Source: Octopus sinensis (taxonomy: Eukaryota). From it: a stretch of 19,500 bases of DNA. The notes below the pieces were generated by a model. That model was not told the DNA's origin and ran no database searches. It saw only the letters and a list, made by a program, of their open reading frames with translations. The position numbers were made by a program, and so were the translations under genes. Below are positions 1 to 10,162 of this stretch, piece after piece (position 1 is the first letter of the stretch; each line of letters opens with the position of its first letter). The stretch is from contig NW_021824241.1 of assembly GCF_006345805.1 (NCBI RefSeq), positions 1 through 19,500 of the forward strand. The letters are read 5' to 3'.

Positions 1-247
1 TAAAATCTAAATAATGTACATAATTCCTCATCTCTTAGATATAGAAACTGTATCTTTTAAAATTATTTGGCTTTTCAGTTCAGCTTTATTTTTCTTTCGT
101 ATAAATGTATTTGGGAGTCGCTCGTTTTGTCTTCTTTTTTTCTACCTAGTATATATTACACAATCAGTAGACACGAACGGGAAGGGCTTACCACGTGTTT
201 GATAATTGTTCTGGAAGGGGAGACAGAGCTGCACCAACATTCGGTCG

Positions 248-360
248 GTGCTCATTTTCAGCTAAGTAAACCTGCGGAAGGTGAAATGAAGTGCCTTGCT
301 CAAAGAGATAACGCGCACTCCGATCCAGGAATTGAACCCACGAAGTTATGATCGTGACTC
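248..360 (-). mobile_element. tRNA-derived SINE 5' fragment (same family as 6909-7047 and 7320-7444)
   Basis: Shares GAAATGAAGTG..TTGCTCAA and CCAGGAAT(T/C)GAA blocks with 7320-7444. The reverse complement holds a B-box-like GGTTCAATTCC. Confidence 0.7.
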
Positions 361-517
361 AAACAAGAATGCACTTTTACATTCTTATAAATGCTTCAAA
401 GATATATTTCCGTTCTCCAATCATATTGCAATAATTTGTCAGTTTCGATCTTTTAAAACTCATTTAAAAGATAAAACTCATTGAATACACAGAAGAAGTA
501 GAAACGAAAGCAACCAC

Positions 518-700
518 GGGCAAGTGACACCTTAGGCAAGTATTTTCTTCTAAAGCCTTGGACCGACCAAAGCCTTTTGAGTGAATTTGACGGAAACTGA
601 AAGAGGCCCATAGTATAAATGTGTGCGTGCGTGCGTGCGTGCGTTGAGAACCAGTTTTGCTGTGTTTACGTCTCCGTAACATTAGCAGTTCGGCAAAAGA
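518..700 (+). mobile_element. Degenerate OR-type/CORE-like SINE body fragment
   Basis: CACCTTAGGCAAGT...GACCAAAGCCTT...GACGGAAACTGAAAGA, a short (GCGT)n, then GTGTTTACGTCTCCGTAAC..TAGCAGTTCGGCAAAAGA; colinear with 18673-19153. Confidence 0.75.
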
Positions 701-970
701 ACTGCACCTATAATTCGCAGTGGAGGGAAATTGGGTACCATGTACCACGTTTTCGCTAATTTTTGGAACAAAAACACAGAAAAATTACCCATCTCCACCC
801 CACTTCTGACCCTGACTCAGAGAAACATCCAGAGAGACAGACAAACAGACAGACAGATTGTCCGTGACACAGTTATAGTGGAACTGTGTCAAGGACCAAG
901 TGGGGTATACGCGACGAAAATTTTGTGCATATTTTAAAAGGATAAAATGGCTGCCACACGATCAATCTTA

Positions 971-1009
971 TATGTATGTACATACACACACACACATGCA
1001 CACACTCGC

Positions 1010-1055
<46 letters not shown>

Positions 1056-1312
1056 AGCGCATGTGTGTGTCTATACGTGTGTGGATATGTATATGTACGT
1101 ATGTGTCTATGAATATAACATACATACATACATACATGCATATGGGTTCTTATATAGCAACACTTTGGTGTGAGACCCAGTCCATCTGGAACTGTTGGCT
1201 CAATGAATATCTGTACAGTTTAGTGCTTAGGTTGATAATGTTTGTGCATATGTGTGTGTGTGTGTGTCTGTGTGTGCGTGTGTGTGTGTGTGTTTGTATG
1301 TGTGAGTGAGTG
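971..1312. repeat. Compound (TA)n/(CA)n/(TG)n microsatellite mosaic
   Basis: Seen directly in the sequence. Confidence 0.95.
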
Positions 1313-1411
1313 TGTAAGTGATTTTTTTCATTGATTCGTATTATCTATGTTAATATAACTTGTTCTCCCATCGCGCGCACTTATATGCGCGCATGCTCTC
1401 AAGCACTCATT

Positions 1412-1438
1412 CACACACACACACACAAACACATACCA

Positions 1439-1494
<56 letters not shown>

Positions 1495-1681
1495 GTGAAA
1501 CAGATAATTCAATACGTTTCCGTGTGTCTGTGAGTTTGTTAATATGTATGTGTGTGGGTGAGCGCGAAACCGATTAGATAAATACACACACACACCACAC
1601 ACACACACATACATACATATACACATATACAAATATACATAAATATACACACACACACACATGCATATATATATGCACACA
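1412..1681. repeat. (CA)n/(GT)n/(TA)n microsatellite mosaic
   Basis: Seen directly; long (GT)n at about 1442-1490. Confidence 0.95.
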
Positions 1682-1686
1682 CTCTC

Positions 1687-2063
1687 TCTTTTACTCTTTT
1701 ACTTGTTTCAGTCTTTTGACTGCGGCCATGCTGGAGCACCGCCTTTAATCCGAGCAACTCGACCCCGGGACTTATTCTTTCGTAAGCCCAGTACTTACTC
1801 TATCGGTCTCTTTTGCCGAACCGCTAAGTAACGGGGACATAAACACACCAGCATCGGTTGTCAAGCAATGCTAGGGGGACAAACACAGACACACAAACAC
1901 ACACACGCATATATATACATATATACGACGGGCTTCTTTCAGTTTCCGTCTACTAAATCCACTCACAAGGCTTTGGTCGGCCCGAAGCTATAGTAAAAGA
2001 CACTTGCCCAAGGTGCCACATGGTTGGTAAACAAGCTACTTACCACACAGCCACTCCTGCGCC
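1687..2063 (-). mobile_element. Near full-length OR-type/CORE-like tRNA-derived SINE with a deletion in the tRNA head
   Basis: Reverse complement aligns end to end with 18673-19153: A box TGGCTGTGTGG, core CACCTTGGGCAAGTG, internal microsatellite, 3' end GCTCCAGCATGGCCGCAGTC..GACTGAAACAAGTAAAAGAG. The B-box segment of about 25 nt is missing at about 2018. Confidence 0.9.
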
Positions 2064-2312
2064 ATACGTGCACATATTGTACAAACAATGCCATAAAGAC
2101 TATGTATATAATATAAATAGCAAATTCAATTTTCGGAGAAAGATAAAGAAAGATATTTTTACAATATTATTTATATTTAGCGATAAGTATGTAAGTTCTA
2201 AAAACATTGTACGCTTGTGGTTATATAAGGTATATCTAAATAGTTTATATAACCAAATCTATTAGGGGAATAGATACGGTTTTTACTGGTTAATATGCAG
2301 TTTACTGTAGCA

Positions 2313-2452
2313 AAAAAAGTGAAAGTAAATTGTTCTAAAAAAGTGAAAGTAAATTGTTCTAAAAAAGTGAAAGTAAATTGTTCTAAAAAAGTGAAAGTAA
2401 ATTGTTCTAAAAAAGTGAAAGTAAATTGTTCTAAAAAAGTGAAAGTAAATTG
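2313..2452. repeat. Perfect 24-bp minisatellite (AAAAAAGTGAAAGTAAATTGTTCT), 5 full units plus 20 nt
   Basis: Units start at 2313, 2337, 2361, 2385, 2409 and 2433 with no mismatches and no spacers. Confidence 0.97.
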
Positions 2453-2868
2453 AGATATTAACTGTAAGTTACGACAGAGACATATCAAAATTTCCCAAAA
2501 AGAACAAAGAGATCCTTCATTATACCACGTTATTTGGTACCTACTTGTATGGTACGTTCTAGTGATGTGTGAAGTATTTCAGAAATGGCAACTGAGGTAC
2601 ACAGTTCCAACGTATTTAAACCCAGCAACGAACAGCACCACTGAGAAAGCAATTCAGTGATTTTCGTGCTGAGGCATGATAGCCAATCCAGTTAGATGTG
2701 AGCAATGTAATAATTCTGCACGATTAATGATTTGTAGAGAGAGAGAACCAACGGGAAGCAGTGGCGTTGCTCCTGTGAATTCACTAGGACTCTACATGCC
2801 AGTTCCTTTCTCGAGAAGAGCCATTTGATTCGATCAATAATAATTCAACTAATCTACATGCGTGTAAA

Positions 2869-2881
2869 ACGTCACTTCCGG
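2869..2881 (-). promoter_or_regulatory. Overlapping ETS-CRE composite motif (CCGGAAGTGACGT); candidate proximal promoter element
   Basis: + strand ACGTCACTTCCGG in unique non-microsatellite sequence. The motif is known to be enriched near metazoan TSSs; function here is inferred. Confidence 0.35.
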
Positions 2882-3568
2882 TTTCTGTTGCAGTTCACTG
2901 TCATTTTTTAGGACAATTTATTTTCAGATTTTTACGACGGTAAACTGCTTGTTAACCATTCTACGAACTTCAACATTGCTAATCATGATGTCACCTCATT
3001 ATCACATATTACGCATTATTAAACTGAATCTCTCGTCATTAGAAATAAATTATTTTTAGAAAAATATTCATTTTATCTGGGGACTCACTCGTAAATACAG
3101 TGAAGAGGGCTGTATATAAACACCCTTTTTTTAAACTACAAAACCAATATACATTTTGTTAATCCATCTGAATATAATCAATTCAATCGCACAGGCGTCT
3201 GGTAAATGGTAAAGGATTCTTTGGGCTTGAAATTTTTCTCGCCCAATATGGTGCCGTGTTCTCCAGTTACTTAGATTTGGGCGGGGTTGTAATATCCTTC
3301 CAGTCATTACTTTTTATGTTGAGGCATTTTAAATTAACTCTAAATTTGTGTGTGTGTGTGTGTGTGTGAAGAATTGCAGAGAAGGACGATAAAGGAATGC
3401 ACTAAAGCATTACACACGAGATATGGTCTTTCCTCATTAGTTATCATCCAAAAATCATAACAGTTTCGCGCCTTTAACGATAAGATTGTTCATTTTGGTG
3501 GCGTCAACAAAAAGCTGCTGGGGATAAATGAGCGAACGTAGAAGACAAAAGGTTCACTTAAAAATTAC

Positions 3569-3605
<37 letters not shown>

Positions 3606-3606
<1 letters not shown>

Positions 3607-3841
3607 AACGACCTCGAACCCACAAGTGTAAACAAGAGAGACAGAGAAAGGCAGAAACAAGGAAAACGCCACTTATATTTGAACACTATACAAATATTCT
3701 TTTAAGAAAACTTTTCTTTTAATTTTTCTAAATTTAATTATTTAATCGTTACAGTTGAAAAGGTCTCAAAATGACTGAAACCGGTACCGAAATGTTCTTT
3801 ATAAAATTATTTTAGCATTTCCTATCTTGACTTGTTTTTTC
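3606..3841 (+). mobile_element. Short HHR-bearing PLE-like fragment between two (TA)n tracts
   Basis: Flanked by (TA)n at 3572-3605 and 3842-3888. HHR-like motif, then an AT-rich tail of about 50 nt ending in (TA)n: the same polarity as the units at 9246-12960. Confidence 0.5.
3747..3794 (+). ncRNA. Type I hammerhead-like motif, U3-A8 core variant (HHR0)
   Basis: CGTTACAG-TTGAAAA(3755-3761)-GGTC tcaaaat GACT-GAAAC(3777-3781)-CG-GTA(3784-3786)-CCGAAATG. Palindromic stem III ACCGGT; stem I pairs at 6 of 8 positions. Confidence 0.5.
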
Positions 3842-3842
3842 A

Positions 3843-3875
<33 letters not shown>

Positions 3876-4026
3876 GATATATATATATTGCGTGTATATG
3901 TACAAGATACCTCATTTTAACATACTTCCACGTCGTGTAATGTTAAAAGATGGAAAATTTGAGGGGAAATTGCCTCTTTTTCTGTCAGATGAAGCCGCAA
4001 TTTTGATGACAATTCATTATTAGTCT

Positions 4027-4027
<1 letters not shown>

Positions 4028-4096
<69 letters not shown>
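4028..4096. repeat. (GCT)n trinucleotide repeat, about 23 units
   Basis: Seen directly, with one GTT interruption. Confidence 0.97.
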
Positions 4097-4219
4097 ATAG
4101 TTGCTGTTGTATTTGCTATTGTTGTTATGCTGTCAGTCACGATCGAGCAAACCTATGGTTAAACTCCTTCTGGCCATGACCATCCCGTGTATCTTATATT
4201 AGAGGGTATGTTACACTGG

Positions 4220-4221
<2 letters not shown>

Positions 4222-4281
<60 letters not shown>
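4222..4281. repeat. (CA)n microsatellite
   Basis: Seen directly. Confidence 0.97.
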
Positions 4282-4284
<3 letters not shown>

Positions 4285-4915
4285 ACATATACATATGCCT
4301 ACGTCTACCACAGCTAATAGGTTTATGATGCGACAGGCGAGAGCTAATAACATTGGCATTCATTTGCCTATTTAGCCATCAATTTAATTCTTGTGCTTTT
4401 CAGTTATAAAACCAGAAGAAATTAGTTTCTGTGTTTACAACATTTTGTTTAAATAATATCTATTGAATATTGTTGAGTGTTTTTACTATTATTTCTTACT
4501 GTGTTAGACAGCTGCAGCTTATCATAGCTTTTGGAAGTGGTTGAGATGAACGAGGTTTCAAGTCTTAACGATGCCCGTATCGTGAAAGATGTTTGTGTTT
4601 TGAGATAATAAAAGGAGTTGGGCTTTCGGAAACGAGTCGAAAAGGAGAAAAAAAAAACAACAAAACTGCAGCTGTACATTAAACTAGTATACTCCATTAA
4701 TATGGGATGAGCGGAAATCTTTAGAAGATGTGTGTGAGAGAGATAGAGAGAGACAGACAGACAGACAAAGACAGAGACAGGGACAGAATGAGAAAGAGGA
4801 GATAGACAGACAGACAGACAAAGGCAGAAAGATAAAGAAAAGAAAGGAGAAAAAAGAAAGCATAACACTAGTTTTCTTTAATCATGATATATACGAAACT
4901 AACAAGGTTAGTGTT

Positions 4916-4948
4916 GGTGGTGGTGGTGGTAGTGGTGGTGGTGGTGGT

Positions 4949-4980
<32 letters not shown>

Positions 4981-5014
4981 TGGTGGTGGTGGTGGTGGTG
5001 GTGGTGGTGGTGGT

Positions 5015-5051
<37 letters not shown>

Positions 5052-5060
5052 GTGGTGGTG
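4916..5060. repeat. Compound (GGT)n/(GGC)n trinucleotide repeat
   Basis: Alternating GGT and GGC blocks; source of the poly-Gly/Pro/Val/Ala ORFs in the track. Confidence 0.95.
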
Positions 5061-6682
5061 CTGTTGTGTTTCTCCAGGGTAGCTCTAGTTGAACTGACCA
5101 GGGTCTACACAGCAACGGTAAATGGCTTTCCAGCTAGGCCCATCCAGTTTATTATTTCTCCGATCTACATTGTTTAATACAATTTTTGTACTTCTTTAAA
5201 AATAGTTTTCATGTGTTTTGTGACAGATTTGACTGCTATTTCCAGCCTGCCATGGAACCGTGAAGAAGTTCCCAGATACTTTGCAAGCGATAAGTATAAG
5301 GAATATGTGATGGTGAAAAGGAAAAGTCGAATAATTTTCACATCATACACCAGAGAAGGTTCGATGTATATTGTAGAGATCGATATAATTGATTATATCG
5401 ATCCCGGGGCACATGAGCTTATGAGACGAGTCTCAGATTTGGTAGGATCTGTAGTGGTTATATATAGTCAGTACCGGGTGTTGATGTGGCTGCGTGTATA
5501 TTATTACAAGAGTTCTTACAGAGATGAAGAATAAATTCAAGATCTATATATTTACTACATAAAAATATTTTTTATTTACTGGTCGATGATGATACATAGA
5601 ATCAAAATGTAGAATCTAGTTGAATGAAGTAATCTATGCAAGAAAGTTCAGAGATAGGAAATGTAGAAATAACAGCTAAGTGGTAGTTTTCAGTCATGTG
5701 GCATAGAGAAATAGATGGACATAGCAATGACGTGAATGGCTCTAAGTCTAATCAACTAAGAAGCTAAGAGCAGGGTTAGCAAGCTGTTTTTTATTAATGG
5801 AACGCTACACATTCTAGAAACTTCCAAGAGAAACGTTAAGCTTCTTGAATAATTAAGAATCACGTCTCATGACACTGATGCTTCGAGAAACTTAGAAAGG
5901 GAGGTTACTCTATAATCTTTCTTGCAAGAGAGATCATTCAACTATGTAGCTACCGCTACAGTTCTTTCTTGAAAGAAGAGCTGCAAAGCCCTATTTTCGC
6001 CTAACTTCGGTTTCCTTCCGCACTATTTGGTCATTCTGAAGCTTGATATATTCAGATCCTCATCAAATCCTGCTATTTCTTCAGAAAAAGAAAAGAAAAT
6101 CAAAAGATATATGTCCTTTAACCGCTTTGGTATTGCGTATCTGATACACATTTTGTATGTTTTTATTCAGTTCTAAAATAATCGTACTTATAAGACTAGT
6201 CATAACGAAGAGTCATGTCTTCTGTTGGGTGTTTCCTCTCAATTCTATTGCAACGTATTTCCCTAAGACCTACACACCATTAATTCTGTCCCAAATACTC
6301 CTCTGGCTCCCTTCAATACGTTAATGATCTAACTTTTCCTCCCAACCAAACACACCCCTATATAATTCTCGTCACCCATCACTACTCCAAATATTCTGTT
6401 CCCGAACGTCAGCAATTTGCAGCCGACTGATATCACACAAGAAATGTATTGTTGCCATAACCATCCTTCAAGACAACCTTATTTCTTCCGACTGTAGCAC
6501 GACACAATCGCTAATCCGGCATTATACTCAACCTCATATATCACACAACTAAATCCACAACGAAAACTCCACCCTACAATCACTGACAGCCAGTTGCCTG
6601 GAAGAGTTGTTAAACACATTGCACGATCGTTGCTCTTACTTGAGATCGAGCCAAAGTCAACTTTATCTTTAATAATTTCCTC

Positions 6683-6781
6683 GTCATCACTACCACCACC
6701 ACCATCACCACCACCACCACCACCACCATCATCATCATCACTACCACTACCACTACCCCCACCACTATCACCACCACCAGC
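6683..6781. repeat. Degenerate (CCA/TCA/CTA)n trinucleotide repeat
   Basis: Seen directly. Confidence 0.9.
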
Positions 6782-6908
6782 CCCTGGGCGTTGCTACATT
6801 GATATTACTATGTCTCATAAGATCGGTTTACCGGTTTCCATGATATAAGGGATCACGATCGTGACATCCTCTTTAAACGGGAGGACAATCCATCGCTAGG
6901 TTTAGCCA

Positions 6909-7047
6909 TTTACAGCCGAGTGGACTGGACCAACATGAAATGAAGGGTTTTGATCAAAGACACAACACACCACTCAATCCGGGAGCCAAAACCATGATCT
7001 TGCAACCCGAGGGCAACACCAAAGCTATTAAGCCATGCGCCTTCACA
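6909..7047 (-). mobile_element. tRNA-derived SINE 5' fragment
   Basis: GAGTGGACTGG..CAACATGAAATGAAGGGTTTTGATCAAAGACACAAC; colinear with 7320-7444 and 248-360. Confidence 0.75.
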
Positions 7048-7049
7048 AA

Positions 7050-7083
7050 CACACACACACACACACGAATGTACGTACGCATG

Positions 7084-7172
<89 letters not shown>

Positions 7173-7222
7173 TGTATGTATGTATATATACATACATACA
7201 TACACATACATACATATATACA

Positions 7223-7268
<46 letters not shown>

Positions 7269-7306
7269 CATGCGTACGTACATTCGTGTGTGTGTGTGTG
7301 TGTGTG
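7050..7306. repeat. Palindromic compound microsatellite (fold-back)
   Basis: (CA)n-CGAATGTACGTACGCATGTATA(7066-7087)-(TA)n-(TATG)n, then (CATA)n-(TA)n-TATACATGCGTACGTACATTCG(7265-7286)-(TG)n. The two 22-mers are exact reverse complements. Confidence 0.9.
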
Positions 7307-7319
7307 TATAATAAATGCG

Positions 7320-7444
7320 CCTGAGTGGACTGTAGTTAACCTGAAATGAAGTGTTTTGCTCAAGAATACAACGCATCTCCCGGTCCAGGAATCGAAACCA
7401 CAATCTTACAATCATGATGCTGACACTCTAACCACTAAGCCATG
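7320..7444 (-). mobile_element. tRNA-derived SINE 5' fragment
   Basis: Reverse complement starts with a tRNA-like head: A box TGGCTTAGTGG, B-box-like GGTTTCGATTCC. Confidence 0.8.
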
Positions 7445-7725
7445 TACGTATATATGTGTGTATATAAGTCTGTATATGTGTATAAATATAAGAGTGTGTG
7501 TATGTGTGTGTATATATATATATACATGCACATATACACATTTTTAAATGAATGCATAAACACACTTATTTTGATTTATTATTAACCAAAGACCACCAAC
7601 CTTGATTATCTTCATCCTTCGCTTCTCTCCACTCATGCGCACTAACACAAAATGCAAACGCGTACACACACCAAACACACATACGCACACGCACACACCA
7701 AACACACATACGCACACGCACACAC

Positions 7726-8467
7726 CAACTCAACTTGATTTCGAGCCGGGTCGTCTGCTGCTGGAGAGGACCGATCAGGTAAAGGACCTGGGTATCTTGG
7801 TGGATTCCTCCTTTTCGCCTTCGGCCCAGTGCGTCCATGCTGCCAACAAAGCGCGCGGAATTCTGTTTTTGATTCGACGGTCATTCGGAGTGCTCACAGC
7901 AGCCATATTCCTGCCACTCTATGTCACGCTGGTGAGACCCATATTGGAGTACGGGATCAAGCCTCTTCTCCTTATCTCCTCAAGACATACAGCAACCCCG
8001 TCGAAAGAGTCCAGAGGCTGGCTACCCGCCTGGTTCATGGTCTCAAAAATTTGTCCTACGAAGAAAGGCTGAGGACGCTCGACCTTTATTCTTGAAAAAC
8101 GCCGCCGCCGTGGTGATCTCATTCTCGCCCACAACATCATAAGCGGGAAGTGTAACCTCTCGAAAGAGCTGTTCTTCACTCCTGCTCCGGAGCGTCGGCT
8201 GCGGGGTCATTCCGAAAAGCTCTACCTGCGACGATTTCATCTCAATCGAAGGAGAGGAGCTTTCTCCGTCCGGGTTGCGGATCCGTGGAACAAGCTGCCA
8301 GATGAGATGGTGAAGATGCCGACGACCGCTTTGTTCAAAGCCTCCCTGGACCTCAAGTGGCCTGAACTCTTTACATGAACACCACCCTGTACTTAACTCC
8401 ATGTCCCCCTACATGGCCTTGCTATTTGCTTTTGAGCCAAATTAACTAACTAACTAACTAACTAACA
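7726..8467 (+). mobile_element. 5'-truncated CR1/L2-type LINE: RT C-terminal region, 3' UTR and (TAAC)n tail
   Basis: Translation across frameshifts near 7958 and 8092: QVKDLGILVDSSFSPSAQC..ANKARGILFLIRRSF..LYVTLVRPILEYG..ERVQRLATRLV..LSYEERLRTLDLYS-LEKRRRRGDLI..RLRGHSEKL..FSVRV..WNKLP..FKASLD. Stop at 8376-8378; tail at about 8443-8467. Confidence 0.93.
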
Positions 8468-8499
8468 TATATTTATCGACATCATCCCCACACACGAAT

Positions 8500-8534
<35 letters not shown>

Positions 8535-8538
<4 letters not shown>

Positions 8539-8847
8539 ATAGTTATCGCCATACTAATATGGCATTCTTATAAAAATAAGAATAAAGCTGTCCGCTTATT
8601 AGCTCCATGAGGCCATCGCCTTAAGTTAGCTATTTGATACACAAACTGTATCCATATAACCTTCGCTCCACACTACTTGACCGGCAAGTAGTGTGGAGCG
8701 ACTGACCTCCCTTGTTCGAAGGTTATATGGATACAGTTTGTGTATCAAATAGCTAACTTAAGGCGATGGCCTCATGGAGCTAATAAGCGGACAGCTTTAT
8801 TCTTATTTTTATAAGAATGCCATATTAGTATGGCGATAACTATTATT
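8535..8847. repeat. Fold-back with identical 131-bp arms and a nested 16-bp hairpin
   Basis: 8535-8665 is the exact reverse complement of 8717-8847. Inner stem 8664-8679/8685-8700 with loop ACCGG; unpaired 8701-8716. Confidence 0.97.
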
Positions 8848-8899
8848 TTCCGGGAACGCTGCCGCTGTTCTCTTTTAGAGAGACGTAGTAATTTTAATA

Positions 8900-8904
<5 letters not shown>

Positions 8905-8934
<30 letters not shown>

Positions 8935-9003
8935 TATCATATATATATACATACATACCTGCATACATACATACATACATACATACATACATACATACAT
9001 ACA

Positions 9004-9033
<30 letters not shown>
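8905..9033. repeat. (TA)n and (CATA)n microsatellite
   Basis: Seen directly. Confidence 0.95.
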
Positions 9034-9035
<2 letters not shown>

Positions 9036-9205
9036 CGTTGCGTGTACGTATGTGCGTTTCTTGACCGTAAAATTTCTTTTGTGATTCAAATTTAAAACTA
9101 TAAGCCAATCGAATTAATCTAGAATAATCAATATCAAGCGGACAGAATAATCAGACTCATAGATATGTAGATGTCCGATTGATGTACTTGGTACAGACAT
9201 AATTG

Positions 9206-9207
<2 letters not shown>

Positions 9208-9243
<36 letters not shown>
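9208..9243. repeat. (TAT)n microsatellite
   Basis: Seen directly. Confidence 0.95.
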
Positions 9244-9245
9244 AT

Positions 9246-9880
9246 TAATAGTAATTTTTATTGACTTTTATAGGTTTATAATTTTATGAACTGAACTGTG
9301 TGTTTTTTTATTATTTTTTATGTATAGGTCTGATTTAAATTTAAATATGAGTGTGCATATATTTTCCTGTAGGTTAGTTTTTGGAACTAGTAGCCCAATA
9401 TGTAGAATAACTGTGTTTGTTAATATATATTGATATATTTTGTTTTGTTTATTTTGTATTATTGTATTAATAAGTATATATATGTGTGTAGTATTATGAG
9501 TGTCTATGCACACGTTTTTATATTTTATATTTTTATATTTATATGTATAAAAAAAAATTTTTTCACACTTATAATAAATTAAATTCTCTGAAGAGGCCGT
9601 GGGGCATCCTTGCTAATGTCTCATTTATACCTGCCTTATATGGCTTATAGGTTAAATGAGGCATGCTTGCCCTTACGGCCGAAACAGCTGTCAGATAAGA
9701 TATAATTATATATTATATTTTATATTTTATATTTCTATTTCCTTGTCTAATTATATTTACAATATATTTTGTATAATGCCTTTACTGTTACGTAATGGTG
9801 TAATAAAGTATTGATTGGGTATCATCTGATGGTTGATGTTTGATTGATTTAAGTATGTTTCTCCATTTTCTAATTTTGTA
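9246..9880 (+). mobile_element. Non-autonomous PLE-like/retrozyme-like unit, diverged relative of family A
   Basis: T-rich body, HHR1, then a tail homologous to 11189-11447 (AATAAAGTAT..GATTGGGTAT..ATCTG..TCTCCATTTTCT.ATTTTG) ending at (TA)n. The 5' boundary is approximate. Confidence 0.65.
9585..9695 (+). ncRNA. Type I hammerhead ribozyme, canonical core, long stem II (HHR1)
   Basis: TCT-CTGAAGA(9588-9594)-GGCCGT...ACGGCC(9595-9680)-GAAAC(9681-9685)-AGCT-GTC(9690-9692)-AGA. Predicted cleavage after C9692. Confidence 0.85.
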
Positions 9881-9881
9881 G

Positions 9882-9883
9882 TA

Positions 9884-9918
<35 letters not shown>
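9882..9918. repeat. (TA)n between the HHR1 and HHR2 tails
   Basis: Seen directly. Confidence 0.97.
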
Positions 9919-10162
9919 CAAAATAAGAAAATGGAGAAATACATCTAAATCAAATATCAATTACCAGATAATACTCAATCACATACTTTATTAAACCACC
10001 ACATAAGAAACTGTAGGGTTAAACATAAAAAAGTAGAACAAAACAGTGTACATAAAGGAGTGTACATAAAAAAGTGTACATAAAAGAGTAATGTTATACA
10101 ATAAGTAGAATATATATAAGAGAATATAAATATAAGTAAATATAAATATAAATATAGATTAC

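Noticed and set aside
2313-2452. CRISPR-like appearance of the 24-bp repeats
   Set aside because: Repeats are contiguous with no spacers, in a eukaryotic context with no cas genes.
4730-5177. Poly-Gly, poly-Pro, poly-Val and poly-Ala ORFs
   Set aside because: All come from the (GGT)/(GGC) repeat; flanking residues show no recognisable protein.
5211-5534. 107-aa non-repetitive ORF containing a 26-bp palindrome at 5378-5403
   Set aside because: No recognisable motif or splice context. A KYLG on the opposite strand lacks other RT motifs. Needs blastp or RNA-seq evidence.
6000-6090. Minus-strand CTGAAGA with a downstream GAAAC
   Set aside because: No stem II or convincing stem I pairing.
6824-6880. 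Minus-strand GAAACCGGTA preceded by TTTAAAGAGG, HHR-like
   Set aside because: The core lacks C3 and G5, stem II does not abut GAAA, and a competing TCCTC/GAGGA hairpin explains the sequence. At best a very decayed relic.
9331-9390. Same-strand similarity to 10858-10910 (GATTT.AATTTAAAT...TTCC...GGTT.GT)
   Set aside because: Driven by a low-complexity AT palindrome and inconsistent with the inferred opposite orientation of the two bodies.
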